From contig OZ024740.1 of assembly GCA_964016885.1 (NCBI GenBank), positions 277,388,001 through 277,452,000 on the forward strand: DNA of 64,000 bases, read 5' to 3'. Under the pieces are notes generated by a model that made no database searches, was not told where the DNA came from, and was given only the letters and a program-made list of their open reading frames with translations. The stretch comes from Eledone cirrhosa. Lineage: Eukaryota. The first letter of the stretch is position 1; each line of letters starts with the position of its first letter. The position numbers were made by a program, and so were the translations under genes. Below are positions 43,791-63,274 of this stretch, one piece after another.

Positions 43791-44537
43791 AAAAATAATA
43801 ACAGTAATAAAGACAACGGCTGGAGTGAATAATTAAAACAAATGAACCAGTCATTAAAGACATGATAGCACTTTTCTTTCGTCTGAATCCACAACTAAAT
43901 AATATATATATATACATATATATATATAGAGGCGATGAATTAATTTTGAAAGGTTTTTTATATGAAATCGTGTGTTGAAACAAATATTGTTATACTTGGG
44001 GAGGGTCATATTTGTGTAATATTGCCAGAATTAATAACAGAACACACTCACTGTTTGGTTGGTTTTCGCTTCTCGCTTCTGTGTCTTTTATATCGGTAAT
44101 CTAAATTACTCGGTCCTCAATGTTGCCATTGACTGACCGGCGGTCAAAAATAATACAGATACAATATAGATACAAACACATATATATATAGTTTATCATA
44201 AATCTTTCGTTGCACATCTGCAACATCGTCAGTGGTTGCTATATTTTCCTCCTGTTGTATTGTATGTCTACGCCATTTTTATTCAGTCTGTCTATATATT
44301 TATTTATTTGCTTGTTTGTTTATTTTATTTTGTCTTCTTTGCGCATGCATTTGCGTGTGTGTATAGTATTTTGTTTGCTGTGTGATGGGTGACTAGTGTG
44401 TGTTTATGTGCTTGTTGTTATTGTGCTTGTGTATGTATTTATTTATTTATTTATTTATGTGTGTTCTGTTATTAATTCTGGCAATATTACACAAATATGA
44501 CCGTCCCCAAGTATAACAATATATATATATATATATA

Positions 44538-45711
<1,174 letters not shown>

Positions 45712-48700
45712 AGATTCAGGATCCCGACTGCTAAGCTCCGGTAGTTTCGACAGCTAGATTCGTAATGCGTGCGTATGAATATGCATATGCTTGTGTCTGT
45801 GACTGCTTTTCACTAACGCTATAAATCAAGTTAAATTCACTTAGGTATTTGAACCCTACGGGGACATATATCCCGAAATGATATTTCATCATCATATATA
45901 GTTCCAGCTGCTTGACTAAATACCCTTGAGGGTAGTGCCGCCTTCGTGACCACAATCGAATTCGTGAATCAAGTAAATTAATAGCAGGGTAGTGGTTGAA
46001 GTGTTAAGGCATGGAATTCCTTGTTTTAGCTTAGACATTGACCAAATTCTGTAATACTGGTAAATATATTGGCGAGTATAGCTACGTATCATTAATACCC
46101 AGCTGCCTCTAATCCTACAGACATATTAAAAAAAAATGGCCCAAATGTGATTATATCCAGCCATTGGACCTGCTGGTATTTATAGCAACATTTCCTTCGA
46201 CTGTCATATCAAAAAAAGGAAGGACACGCTAAATAATGTATTCAGTGAAACTCTGTCTTCGAGCATAAACTTATTGTTCAAGAGGGAGGTGTCTTTGCTT
46301 ATATGGATATGGGCTGATTGTTGCAAAATAAAGCAACAATCTTAACACAAGTAATAATATACCACCCTAAGACAAATATAATATTGATGATTTTCATAAT
46401 TGCAAAGATCATGATCTAGATAAAAAATGATTCAGTTCAACTAATTTACAAATGTGTCCAGATGATCAATTTTGAGAATCAAGCGTTATTCAATTTTGAG
46501 AATCAAAACGTATTCTAAAAGTTACAGCTCTGAAAAGGTAATGGCGAAATGGTTGGTGGAATACATCAAGTGAAAGCAGTATATCTGAAATGTATATCCG
46601 ATCTAAATCTCAGACTAATTTATTTTTCGGTTTATTATTTTAATTTAGAATACTTATAATGAGTAATCGGTAAATCTCGTAACAGCTGTATCGCTTCATT
46701 TGAAATTTGTTGTGCAAACTGTGAGATCATTAGTTCTCTTAATTATTTTTATTCGCAAGATCAATCACCGCCCAATCTGCTGTCAGATTTTGGATAGTTA
46801 ATAAATACATATATTCTAAGCATATATTTGAGTGAAGCTTTTCTCTCTAGATGGAAGTAACTTCCCAGGAATAAAGATGGATTCATGAACCCAACAATGA
46901 TTATAAACTTGGCATCTAGATATATCTAATGAATAATTATCGTTTTATTAGATAAACAATTGAATACCATTTTAATATTCTTTTTTTAATTCCTGATAGA
47001 TGAGATCGGATTTTGGAAATAATGTTTCAGAGTTAAGACCATGCAACAATGTTGCTCTTTATTGATAATCATCGTCAGTTCCTTTTTCTTTGTCATTGTA
47101 TGAGAAATAATCTCTTCATAGAAGAAATAGTTTAATGCTGTGTTCCCAGAGAAGGCTTCCGCGTGTTTTGAACTCAATCTGCAAAGAGCCACAACAGATG
47201 CAGTATGGTATTCTGTTAGATGCTGTGACGATTTTGTCAGACCACCACCTTAAACTAGTATTTCATTTATTGACATCGGTTAGGTTTGAACCCAGAATGG
47301 AAACAACCAGAATAAATACCGCATGTTACTTCATCAAAAGCTCTCTAAAGTGTCTGCTAATTCTCCACCACAATACATGTGTTTCACTCACAAATTTGGC
47401 TAAAAACCATTGATAATTACATAAATATGAAAAATAAAGTTAAAAACAAAATTAAGTAATGAGGAAAGGGTAAAGAAGGCCAGCTCTGGGTGTATGAAAA
47501 ACTAGAGGAAAGGACTTACGAGAAGCTTTTGGGAATATTCTACTTTCATTTCTTTAATGCATTGGTTCCTGGTAATTTACATTTTCATAAAATTACTGTG
47601 CGTGTAATGCAAAATGTTGCGAAGCTTCCACATTTTCATATAGAATTGATTATTAATATAAAACAGTGAATATCAGAAATTAATATACATCCAGCCAGTT
47701 ATTAAAATTGCCTGGTACGTAGCTTTGGGAATAATATATTTTATGAAACTAGCAAATGCTGACAGTTAGGATAACCTGAAACAATGTATACTTTATCTAT
47801 ATACTACTGTGAAAATTTATGGGTTCTACTGTTCAATTATGTTTAATGATGTTTATACTTCTCATTTGTCCATTAAATACTCACCATGCAAATCTACAAA
47901 GTATGTTAGGGATAAGGGAGGTTATGCTAGGTGCTAAGCAATGTAAGTGTGAATTTTGCTTCTTTCCATATGGAAAACCGCTAAGGTTTAAGTGACGAAA
48001 AACATTTTATCGTAGTTTATTTATTTAGTTTTGTTTTAGCCATCACGACAAAGGCCATCCATAACGTTTTAAACTAATTCGATTTGTCCTATCGAGTGGT
48101 TACGATCATTTCTTTTTTCAGCGGGATAGGTGAATATTTGCCAGTAGTTTGTTCAATGCTCGTGAACATGCTTGCAATTCCCCGTTGAAAGAATTCTTCG
48201 ACAATTATATTACTGATTCGTTTTCTCCTAATCTTGAATATCACAAGTTCCATTTCAGTTCTCTTCAAAACAGATATTTTAAAGCAGCAAGAAAAACAAT
48301 GAATATTTGTAATTCCTTTCTAAAATTGTTGTAGAAAAATAGCTCCTTGCACATAAGACGACAGACAAGCTTCTATTTCAGGCTGGTGCTAGTTCTACAT
48401 GTTGAATCTAATGAGATTTCCGACTTTTTCTGTCACCCATGGTTTCCTTGCTCTAAAGCAATGATGGCCGAACATCAAAACTAATTAAACAGCAAAACCG
48501 TTGACACTAGTTAATCGGCAAAATGGCATCCGACATAAAGATCAGGTCGATGCTTTTACAGGTTTGACCCCGAACAAAGGATAAAATTCTCCCCACACCC
48601 ACTCCATCATTTACTGCAATTTTTCGCTTGCAGGTATATTAAAACCTCCGATTTTAGCGAAGAATGGGTACATCTGTTTTATCTTTATTATTTTTTTTTT

Positions 48701-49084
48701 TTTGTGTGTAAAGTTTTGCATCTTCTTAGCTTGGGCCATGTCCACATGCAGACTACTCATTGGATGTCATATATGCAAAACTATTTTTTTTTCGTAATTC
48801 TAACAGATAAAAAACATGTGTATAAATGAGAGCGCTGTTGTTTTTGCCGTTGTTGATTTTATTGACACCACAGCCAACATATTTCGTCAAGACGTCGGCC
48901 AAATATTGCTAAAACCTCACCATCAATATTACTGATTCCACTACAAGTATCGGTTCTATATCTGCCAAAAACAGCTGCAGTAGCTCAAAATTCAATAAAG
49001 TCCATAATAAGATAAAGGTAACACCAAGATTGATGTATGACAAAATTCGAAAACTTAGAAAAATCGTAACGGACAGAAGACAAA

Positions 49085-50230
49085 AAGTCCTTTTCCCTAC
49101 CTCTTTCCTCCCCTTCCCATTTCCCCTTCTTTCTTCCTCTTCCCGCCGCTTTCTACCCCTTTCGTTATTCATAGCTATCTTTTGCCGTCTTTATCCCTCC
49201 TTACTTCACATTGCAACTCTTCTCCCCTTTCCTTCTTTCCTCTCTTTTTAAGCCTTTCCCACTCTCTCCTCTTCTTTCTGCTTCCTTTGCTGTCTTTCAT
49301 TCATCAATCCTCCTTATCTCTATATACTCCGCTTTTGACCTGTTTTCTACTCTTCCTTTCCCTCGCTCTCCTTCCGTTTATTCCCTTCCTTCGCTTACCC
49401 TCTTTGCCATTCTACTCCTTCATTCCTCCTCTTTCAACCACTTCCGTCGTTTCTTCGATCAATTTCACTTTATTTACTCCAATTTACCTCCCTTCAGCTT
49501 TCTTTCCTCTCCTTCATCCGCGTCCCCTCTTCTTCAACATCTTTCGACCTTTTTTCATCTTCTTTCGTTCAATTTCATGGCGGAAGTGAAAAGGGGCAAT
49601 GGATGGGAAAGAGGATGCATTTCTGTCCATTTCTGTCCATTTCCTTTGCTTCCCCTTAAACGTTTATCGCATTTGTTTGTCTATTTCTGATACTTGAGTT
49701 TATTTTCTGGCACTTTCACCCTGATTAAATCTCTTTCAGCTTGAAGCCTATCTCCTTCTTCACTTTACTGCCCGTATTCCTATCCCCTCTTGTCACTCTA
49801 TCCTTTGCTAATTTTTACCTCATTTTTTTTTTTTACCCTACTTTACCATTTTTAGCCAACATTTATCTAATTCCCCTTTTTCCTCTGTCCCCTTTTTACT
49901 CTTTCCACATTTTCTGTCTATTTCGGGCTCTCTCGATTATTTTGGTCACTTTCACTCACTTTTAAATCCATTTCCTTCTCGTTAGCTCCAATGTCCTCCT
50001 ATTTTTTTCTCTCTGCGGCATTTTAGCAATATTTCGTCACTGTTTTGCTAGTACCCATTTTTATTCCTCTTTACCATTTTGCCAAATACTTTCTAATTCC
50101 TACCTTTCTTCTTCTTCCTCATCTTTGACCTCGTTTCTTTTCACACTTTTCTACACATTTCTGCCTCTTTCGTTATCTATCGTCTATTTTCATCCACTTT
50201 TGCATTTCTTTACCCCCCCCCCCTCCATTA
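49085..50230 (+). repeat. Low-complexity polypyrimidine tract of about 1.1 kb
   Basis: Strong C/T bias without a fixed period. Confidence 0.8.
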
Positions 50231-50273
50231 ACCCACAAACAGTCAGAAAGAGAAGGAAAGTGGGAAGTCGATG

Positions 50274-50308
<35 letters not shown>

Positions 50309-50451
50309 TAGCCCAGGTTCAATCGGGGGGTAACCACAGTGAGTAAGGTACTGAATACATAGCAGAGTATAACTATTTAATATAGAAATAACTTCTACAG
50401 TACTAGAACTGTTTCATTCTTCCTGGTGATTTCTGTAGAAGCCATTTCTAT

Positions 50452-50488
<37 letters not shown>

Positions 50489-50692
50489 CTAAGGAATTGT
50501 GGTAAGGAACCAGATGGACCATAACGCACCAGAGTACTCAATACTTAGGGTAGTAGAGTGGGAAATAGGAAAAAGTATGACCCCGACGGCAGAGCTCAAG
50601 CCGTTTCGACGGCTATTTCTAGTCCAGAAATAGCCGTCGAAACGGCTTGAGCTCTGCCGTCGGGGTCATACTTTTTCCTATCTATCTATCTA

Positions 50693-50733
<41 letters not shown>

Positions 50734-50914
50734 CGAAGGAGGTGTGGTAAGGTACCAGATGGACCATAACGCACCTGAGTACTCAATACTCAGGGTAGTA
50801 GAGTGGGTAATAGGAAAATGTTTGACCCCGACGGCAGAGCTCAAGCCGTTTCGACGGCTATTTCTGGAGTCCAGTGAAACGGCTTGAGCTCGGCCGTCGG
50901 GGTTCAAACATTTT

Positions 50915-50962
<48 letters not shown>

Positions 50963-50967
<5 letters not shown>

Positions 50968-51187
50968 ATAATAATAAATTTGAAGACGAAAATCCAAAGA
51001 GGGCTCGATAAGGATAAATATATATCAAATATATAAGAACCGTAGAGCAAATATTTATTAAAATAACAGATTAAAGTTTAACCAAAGAATCGGTGCTTTC
51101 ACCCTTAACGGGATCTTCTGAAGTTCAGAAGATCCCGTTAAGGGTGAAAGCAGCGATTCTTTGCTTAAACTTTAATCTGTTATTTTA

Positions 51188-51192
<5 letters not shown>
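50963..51192. repeat. Mini fold-back of PLE-A pLTR end with apex in the H3 core
   Basis: cccttaacgggatcttctgaa-g-ttcagaagatcccgttaaggg. A similar fold-back at 30250-30440 has its apex in stem II. Confidence 0.85.
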
Positions 51193-51229
<37 letters not shown>

Positions 51230-51237
<8 letters not shown>

Positions 51238-51333
51238 AACGTAAAATATGAAAATTATAGTAATTAGCTTACTTACTTAAATTTAAGTAAGTAAGCTAAT
51301 TACTTTAATTTTCTTATTTTACGTTTTTCATAT
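51230..51333. repeat. Spacer-less 100-bp palindrome
   Basis: ..gtaattagcttacttacttaaa|tttaagtaagtaagctaattac.. Confidence 0.85.
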
Positions 51334-51989
51334 AATTGTTCTGCATCCCCTTGCATTGAACCACAAAGTTACTATGACAAAACCTATATATTTACTTGCA
51401 TAGGTATACATCTGTATATATATGTTGGTAGATATACTAATTCTTTATATATATATATATTCTTCCTCACCTTTCACTCACTCACTCTCTGTCACTACCT
51501 CTCCTCCTCCCCTTTCTTCCCGTTTGACCTGTCCGCATTCTTTTCTCGCGCGGTCTTGGCCAAGCCGGTATGAATTTTTTTTCTCTCTCTCTCTCTCGTC
51601 TGCGACTTCACAGAACTTATGTTTACCGAATTCGCAGACCAGACCCCTTCTTCCTCCCGTTAGACCTGTGCGAAATTCCTTCCTTGCTCACATTTCAACC
51701 AGGTTTGATGGTCTTTATTCTCTCGTTCACGATTTCACCGAACTTATATTCATAGAAATCTGGGACTTGTTTCTTTCTTCATCACTTTCTGTTGCTTAAA
51801 CCATTTTGTTTGTTTACCGTAGCGTCCCCTTTATTTACGTGTCCCAACGACTTTTTTTAGCCGTTGCTCGCACCAACCTGAGGTATATGGCCTTTAAAGC
51901 GATGAAATGCCTACGACGGTTGGAAGGCCACTGATGAAGGACAAACTTTTTCATATGTAACCCATTTGCAACGCCGCAGCTCCATTATT

Positions 51990-52110
<121 letters not shown>

Positions 52111-53714
52111 CTCAACGGCTCTAAAAATTGATTATCTACATATATACTGGCTGACTGGCTGATGGATAAGGTTTGAAATAATGGAAGAAATCGTTAGCTG
52201 GCTCTTTAGTGTAATGATTATCACAGCAAAACGGTGTGTTGCAGTATATATGTATGTATATACTAGAAAATGCCTACTCTGTGTAAAGTCCTTTTGTCTA
52301 CACGAGTGCGTATGTTTTAATAATTTGTCATATTTATTCCTGTGCAATATTGTGCTGCGCACTACTTCATTATTGAGAGTTCTAGAAGCATATTTGTCAT
52401 AACCACTTGCTCAAATTTTCTTCGTTGCTGGAGAAATTGCTATTGAGATTAGTCGACCATGACACCTCTTGCGATTTAACGTAGTCTATTCAGAGGGGTG
52501 AGAAAAGGAGAAGGGGTTAACAGGAATACATGACTGCAAGTAATTATTTTATTTATGAAGTATTCAAGTATGATATGCAAAGCAGATTTAGCAGCATTCA
52601 GAGAGCCAGAAATACCATCAACATTTGTATCTCCCGCGTGAAAGATTCTGCATATTTACCGCTTTAGAAATATATGCAAATACTCGAAATTACCCACCAC
52701 CGCGAGAGCGTTCATACAAAGACTACTAAACATTTTATAATTTTTTTTTTTTTGTAGTAAACTATAAAAGTTAACTGCGACAGCATTTCAACTCAGATAA
52801 ATCTATTTCTTATTGTACCCAACCCTGCATCACGCTGTTTTTCCCAGGTGTAATATGTTGATACACAACCATACGCACAGAAGATATCTTATAATGGCAG
52901 CAAGTTTGTTATCCTAAAGTTTTCTATTGAATTCAAATTCTGCAAAGGTCACGTTGAGTATAAGAAATATTGTGGGTCTGATGCAATCGATTGTTCCACT
53001 GGATACAACATATTTTATCTACCTTCTTGAAAGAAATCAATATGATTGCCATTGTTAGAGATGATGGAGATAGGCCATTTATGTGGGACCAACAGAAAAG
53101 AATTTCAATACTTTTTATATATTGCAATATTTTCATTTTATCGGTTTGGATAAAAAAGAAAAAAACCCGCAAGTAACCTAAGGCCACTTTTTATATTTTT
53201 TCTTGTCATCTATTTAAAATGAATAAAAAACAAACAAACACCCAAAGCTTAGAGAGTTGTTTGACGCTAAACTATGAACTAAATATATTGACCTTGTGAT
53301 TCAGAAAAGATATAAGCATTATCAGCTTCCATTCGATTGTGTCATGCTATCTAACGTTTATCTCTAGCTCATGAATAAACTTACATCGCACAGCCAGAAT
53401 TGGGAGAACTATCACGGTTGGGATATTTGATACTTATTCCCTTCGGTTACACATAAATCTAACTCAGCCATACTTATGTATGAAGCACTCTCGGAAAATT
53501 TGTCCATTTAGTGTTGTAATATATAATGTTGTCAAATCTTAATCTAACGCCTATCTTATTTCTCGCTAATCATTTACTTGATTTGTTGAGCTGCACCAAA
53601 CAGCCCAGAAAAGAGAGACTCTGGTCGGCAATATGTTTAACGCTTCTTTTAGTGCTTAAGCATCCACACTAACTCACATAAACACACACACACAGACACA
53701 CACACAGACACACA

Positions 53715-53789
<75 letters not shown>

Positions 53790-53940
53790 CCGGGGAGTGT
53801 AACGCGGAGTTACTATAGGTTAACCCGGGTGAGCACTCGATGTTTTAGGCTCACTTCTGCATCGACGCGTAGAGCTAGACAAAGTGTAGTATAATAAAAT
53901 AAAACAAGGACGAGTGGTTACTTCATTACATTTATTGGTT

Positions 53941-54025
53941 GGTGAGTCGCGTTTCGCCACCGATCAGCTCAAGGTTCGATCTGTATCGATCCAGCCCGAA
54001 TCTGTAAACCGCGGCTCGTCAGACC
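53941..54025 (-). ncRNA. Type I hammerhead with about 60-nt stem II (family H9)
   Basis: ggt-CTGACGA-gccgc...gtggc-GAAA-cgcgac-TC-acc. Confidence 0.6.
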
Positions 54026-54034
54026 CTTTTAGTG

Positions 54035-54066
<32 letters not shown>

Positions 54067-54442
54067 CAAACAAGCATACATACATACATTCACATATGTA
54101 GAAGAATTGAATTATAGCTGGAGCTATCTTCTTAGATAATATATATCAAAATATGGACAACACAGTGTATTATAATTATCATGAATCGTGCCAGTCAAAC
54201 TAATCGAATGCAGTAATATGTGGTGTAAGGTCAGAATAACTGAAGAGAAGCAGGGTTATAGAGCATAATATATGATTTAGAGAGAGTCACTTAAAATAAC
54301 CAATCGATTAAAAAAACCCATATATTTTTCGATAATTGTTTCGTAATGCAGGTAAATATATAATTAGTTCATAATTAATGGCAATATAATTGAATTATTG
54401 ATGTGATAAACATAGTGATTATACAACAATTTATATATATAA

Positions 54443-54631
54443 ATGTTTCTACTTTTGGCACAGGGCTAGCAATTATTTCAGTGTATTACTGGTACTTTAT
54501 TTTATCGGCCCTGTAAGGATGAAAGGCAAAGTTAACCTCGGTGGGGTTTGACCTCAGACCATAAAGGGCCGTAACTCTTTGCTGCAAAGCATGGCGTCCG
54601 ACCTTCTACCGATACTGCCAATCGACCGCGC
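54443..54631 (-). mobile_element. tRNA-derived SINE
   Basis: Homologous to 23825-24044 (short-tail variant). Confidence 0.8.
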
Positions 54632-54641
54632 TATATATATA

Positions 54642-54860
54642 TAATGGTTTCTTATATAGGCACAAGGCCAGCAATTTAGGGGCGGGGAAAGTTGATTAAA
54701 TCGACCCCAGTGCGGGACTGGTACTTTATTTAATCGACCCCGTAAGGATGAAAGGCAAAGTGAACCTCGGCGGGATTTGAACTCAGACCATAAAGGGCCG
54801 TAACTCTTTGCTGCAAAGTATGACGTCCGACGCTCTATCGATACTGCCAATCTACCGCCC
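54642..54860 (-). mobile_element. tRNA-derived SINE, near full length, tandem with the previous copy
   Basis: Head gggcggtagattggcagtatcgatagag, B-box gagttcaaatc, Deu/Nin-like domain. Flanked by TA. Confidence 0.85.
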
Positions 54861-56342
54861 TATATATATAATGACATTCAGAGCGCTGGGCAAAAATCAC
54901 ATAGCGCCTATGTGGCTCGGCTCGTTGCATGATGCTGTTTTAATTAGACAGTGGCATGCATCCGGTCCGTACTAGTCCGTACGAGTCGACCGTTCGTCGC
55001 CGGCCGGCGTAACCGGCGCTGCCGTGAAGCGGACGGATTAAAATAACGATATGCCAATGAGCCCGGAGATGTGTCGCTCCACAGTGTCCCAGACGTGGAG
55101 GTCATCAGGAAAATCAACTGATCAACATTGAAGTGTCAGTTTTACTGACAGAAATACCAAACAACGCATAGATTAACCAATAGATAGATATTAACTGAAT
55201 AGACTTTGAATGTATTCATACTGAAATGAGCTTTATCAGCAAATTATGAAATTGTATCATTACCAATAGTGTTAATTCTGGAAGTTACAAATACAAAATT
55301 ACCGTGTTTTATTAATGTAAAAGGGAGATAATTAATAATACTAACACCGCATAAAACGGTGTTAATTACCGCCCTAAAAAGAATTCCTTAAGGAAAATAG
55401 ACAAATGTTTATGTACAACATAGAATTCCACGAAAATATAAGCAGATGTACAACAAATCATATGTAGGAATCGTCAGACACAAAAAGTAGTGTAGGCGAA
55501 GCATTCGATACACACACGCACACATATATTTCGAAAAGATATAAATATATACAAAGCTCATGTATAAGTAATTACACTTTTTTTTTTTTTTTCCTCACTT
55601 TTATGCCTTTATATTTGTGTTTATCAACGACATTATATTAGCAATGTTTTTCTGAAAGAATTGCTAGCAATTTTTGATGTTATTTAAGCATTTTTGATAT
55701 TATTTAAGCATTCGTAATATACAACTAATGTTATTTAAGCATTCGTAATATATAACTGTGAAAAAAAAAAATGATCATTTACATTACTATATAAAGTCAT
55801 ATGTAAAACTCAATACAAATATATGTAAACCAATATACATACCCCTAATATAAATGTATACATTCACAAACATCGGTATTTACACCTAAAGATACAATTA
55901 CGTATTCATAGATGTTTATAGTATACATATAGATATGAAGGAGAGAAAAACATTTTAACGATAGGATAAAAGATGAAATATTTATGGACATAGATGTATA
56001 CTCTGACACATATACGTGCAGATATGTAGAAAGGACATAATTACTGACTGACTCGGGGTCTGGACTAAGGTTACACTGATAAAATACTTACGATATTATT
56101 TAATAAATACTCAAAATTATTAATTTTGTTGAAACCTAAATGTATAAGTATATTCAAATATATAAATATGACTACATATATAAACATATACATATGCACA
56201 CATATATATCTACACACACACGCACATACACAAAAATACAAACACACACAAACACATACACACACACGTGCGCGCGCATACACACACTTACATGTATCTA
56301 TATGTTTATATTTATATATATACAGATATAGATGTATTGATG

Positions 56343-56570
<228 letters not shown>

Positions 56571-56573
56571 CAC

Positions 56574-56604
<31 letters not shown>

Positions 56605-56747
56605 ACAGTTAAACAAGATTCAATGAGTACATCAAAGAATGAATTTTACAATAGATTGGAAGCACTCCACAGTTTATATATTTTCCAGAGTTATTAATAT
56701 TAATTCCAAATATTAACAAAATAGATATTCTTGTGATCAAAATTATA

Positions 56748-56810
56748 TTTTATTAGACATATTTCAGAGGTACTGAATTAAGTTCAACAGTACGTCCTCA
56801 TCAGATAAAA
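56748..56810 (-). ncRNA. Type I hammerhead candidate (H10-like)
   Basis: ttttat-CTGATGA-ggacgtactg..cagtacctct-GAAA-tatg-TC-ta-ataaaa. Stem I is imperfect next to the core. Confidence 0.55.
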
Positions 56811-56866
56811 TAAAATGATACATCGCATACCCTGACATGGTAGATGGTTAAGATTTAATCAAGGTA

Positions 56867-56935
<69 letters not shown>

Positions 56936-57342
56936 CACATATATATATTTTTGTTTTGCAAGGTTTTGTGTTGAAACAAATATTGTTATATTTGTGGAGG
57001 GTCATATTGTTATAATATTGCCTTAAATAATAATAAAACACACTGTTTGGTTTGAATTGGTTTTCGCTTCTGTATCTTTTATATCTCCATAGTTAATTTA
57101 TCTGGCACTCAATGTTAATCGTTGATTGACCAACGGTTTATAATACAGATAAAAATATATATATATCGTTTATAAAAGTTCTTTCGTCACACATTTGTGA
57201 CATCATTATATATATATATATACATTCTCCTGAACCTAGCTAAGCGAATCTTCACAATAATTTCGTACACAACAAGGGACCACAGACTAGAGGAATATAC
57301 TCATTAAGAGAAAGAATCAAACTGTATATATATATACACACA

Positions 57343-57388
<46 letters not shown>

Positions 57389-57462
57389 CCCACTCTACTA
57401 CTCTAAGTATCGAATACTCTGGTGCCTTATGGTCCATATGGTATCTTACCACACCTTCTTTG

Positions 57463-57501
<39 letters not shown>

Positions 57502-57923
57502 CCACTGCCACGTCACGATTCTTAGCCATTTTTTAAATCTATTCCTGGCGCGATCGCTTTGGAAAATTAACTGTCCTATTGAGTTTGTCTTTTGATGAGT
57601 TCGATACTCGAGATTTATCCTTAATAGGATATCTCAAAATACGAACGAAACCATGATAGAGATTTAATTACGGTATGTGCACATTTATTCTAACTTTAAA
57701 TTTATACCTAATTGTGTATGGTTGACGATATATTTGGTCAGTTTCTACATGCTGTTGAAATGTTGGGTAAATACTCTATTGTGGTCAACCACGAAGAGAC
57801 TGCTTTCGGTTATTTATCAAATATTTCTTCATAGGTGCCTTTATTCTTATAGCCTGGTCTAATTGATTTGTATATGGTTAATTATGCTAATTGCGAGAGG
57901 AAATTGTATATATTTTATCTAAT

Positions 57924-58103
<180 letters not shown>

Positions 58104-58919
58104 ACATGTATATATATATTATGTATAATATACATATGTATGTGTGTGTATTTTGAGTATCGCAAATACTGACGGAGATGACATACCTCTTTTTATTATA
58201 TTCAACGTTTATTAAATTGTACGAATCTTCATTAAATGATCTATTGACTTTTATTTGTAAATATTATTCTAAACTGTAGATTGTCCAGACCCACAGATTG
58301 CTGGAGAATGGTATTTCGAAGTTCTTTAAATATATTACTCTACTTACATATATTACTTTTCACCTCTTTTGCTGTGCAATTCAATTATTCCTAGAAGAAG
58401 AATTTTCATCACAGCTAGATCTTTACTTTTATCAGAATGTAAATGATCTTGGGTTTCAGAAAAATAGTTTTTATTATCAGCTTTCATTCACTTTCTTCCA
58501 TGCTGTTCAATAGTTATCTTTCTCTGGTTTTGCATGATGAAACTTATTTCCTGTGGAAACAACATGAAGAACTTTCAATGTTTGGCTATTTCATATATTT
58601 ATCACTGTATCAAATCAATCAATCTCATTCATGAATATATATGAAGCATTTGTGATATATTTGTGGATTCACAGCTGCAATTTACTTTGCATTCGTGCTT
58701 TGAGAAATGATGTTCGCGAACGTTAATCTAACAGTTATCATCCCCCTCGCAGAACATGTGTCAAGTAATGAACACTGCTGTGAGAGTAAATGTATGCCAG
58801 TAAGCTATTGACCTTGGCTCTTTGATTCTGCTTCTATATACACGCAGACGCATAAAGGCATGCATGCACACACGTACATACACCTACACCTACACATTCG
58901 CAGCCCCTACACATATGCT

Positions 58920-62055
<3,136 letters not shown>

Positions 62056-62300
62056 CTATATATATATATATATAGTAATAATAATAAATTTGAAGACTAA
62101 AATCCAAAGAGGGGTCGATAAGGATAAATATATATCAAATATATAAGAACGCGCGTAATTGTTTTTCACCGCTCCTATTAATGACGTATTATATTCGTTT
62201 TTTTCCCGTTCTTTGCCAGCGAACGTTTCCACGAACCAAAGTATCGTCTTCCTGTCTTCCTCCGGTTGCAACGTTTTTTGAAATATCCAGTTCTGCGTTT

Positions 62301-62376
62301 ACAGATTGACTTTGTTAGTTTCAGAAGATCCCGTTAAGGGTGAAAGCAGCGATTCTTTGCTTAAACTTTAATCTGT
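62301..62376 (+). ncRNA. Hammerhead-fold motif family H3 (within inverted pLTR fragment 62073-62390)
   Basis: Same fold as 11831-11906. Confidence 0.6.
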
Positions 62377-62387
62377 TATTTTAATAA

Positions 62388-62931
<544 letters not shown>

Positions 62932-62965
62932 AATAACTTGTGTGTTACACCTCTATTCTTTTAAC

Positions 62966-63002
<37 letters not shown>

Positions 63003-63274
63003 ATAATATTAAGGATACTATTTATGGTTATCTATATACTAACCTTTTTATAGTTATATATATTTTAAACCCTAAACAGTGAAATGAAAGACAGTAATGT
63101 ATTACTACCTTATTACCAGTAAGATAAATAGCTCAATGTAATAACATCAGTTGTTCTACAGAGCAGTTATATAGAAATCACATGAATCAAAGTTCTGTTC
63201 AAACCATTTATTAGCTAAATGGTTTGAACAGAACTTTGATTCATGTGATTTATATATATATATATATATATGCA

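Noticed and set aside
45700-48900. Possible host exons in less repetitive stretches (also 52100-53650 and 57500-58820)
   Set aside because: Only short ORFs with no recognisable domain or convincing splice-bounded frame. Small exons cannot be excluded without RNA-seq.
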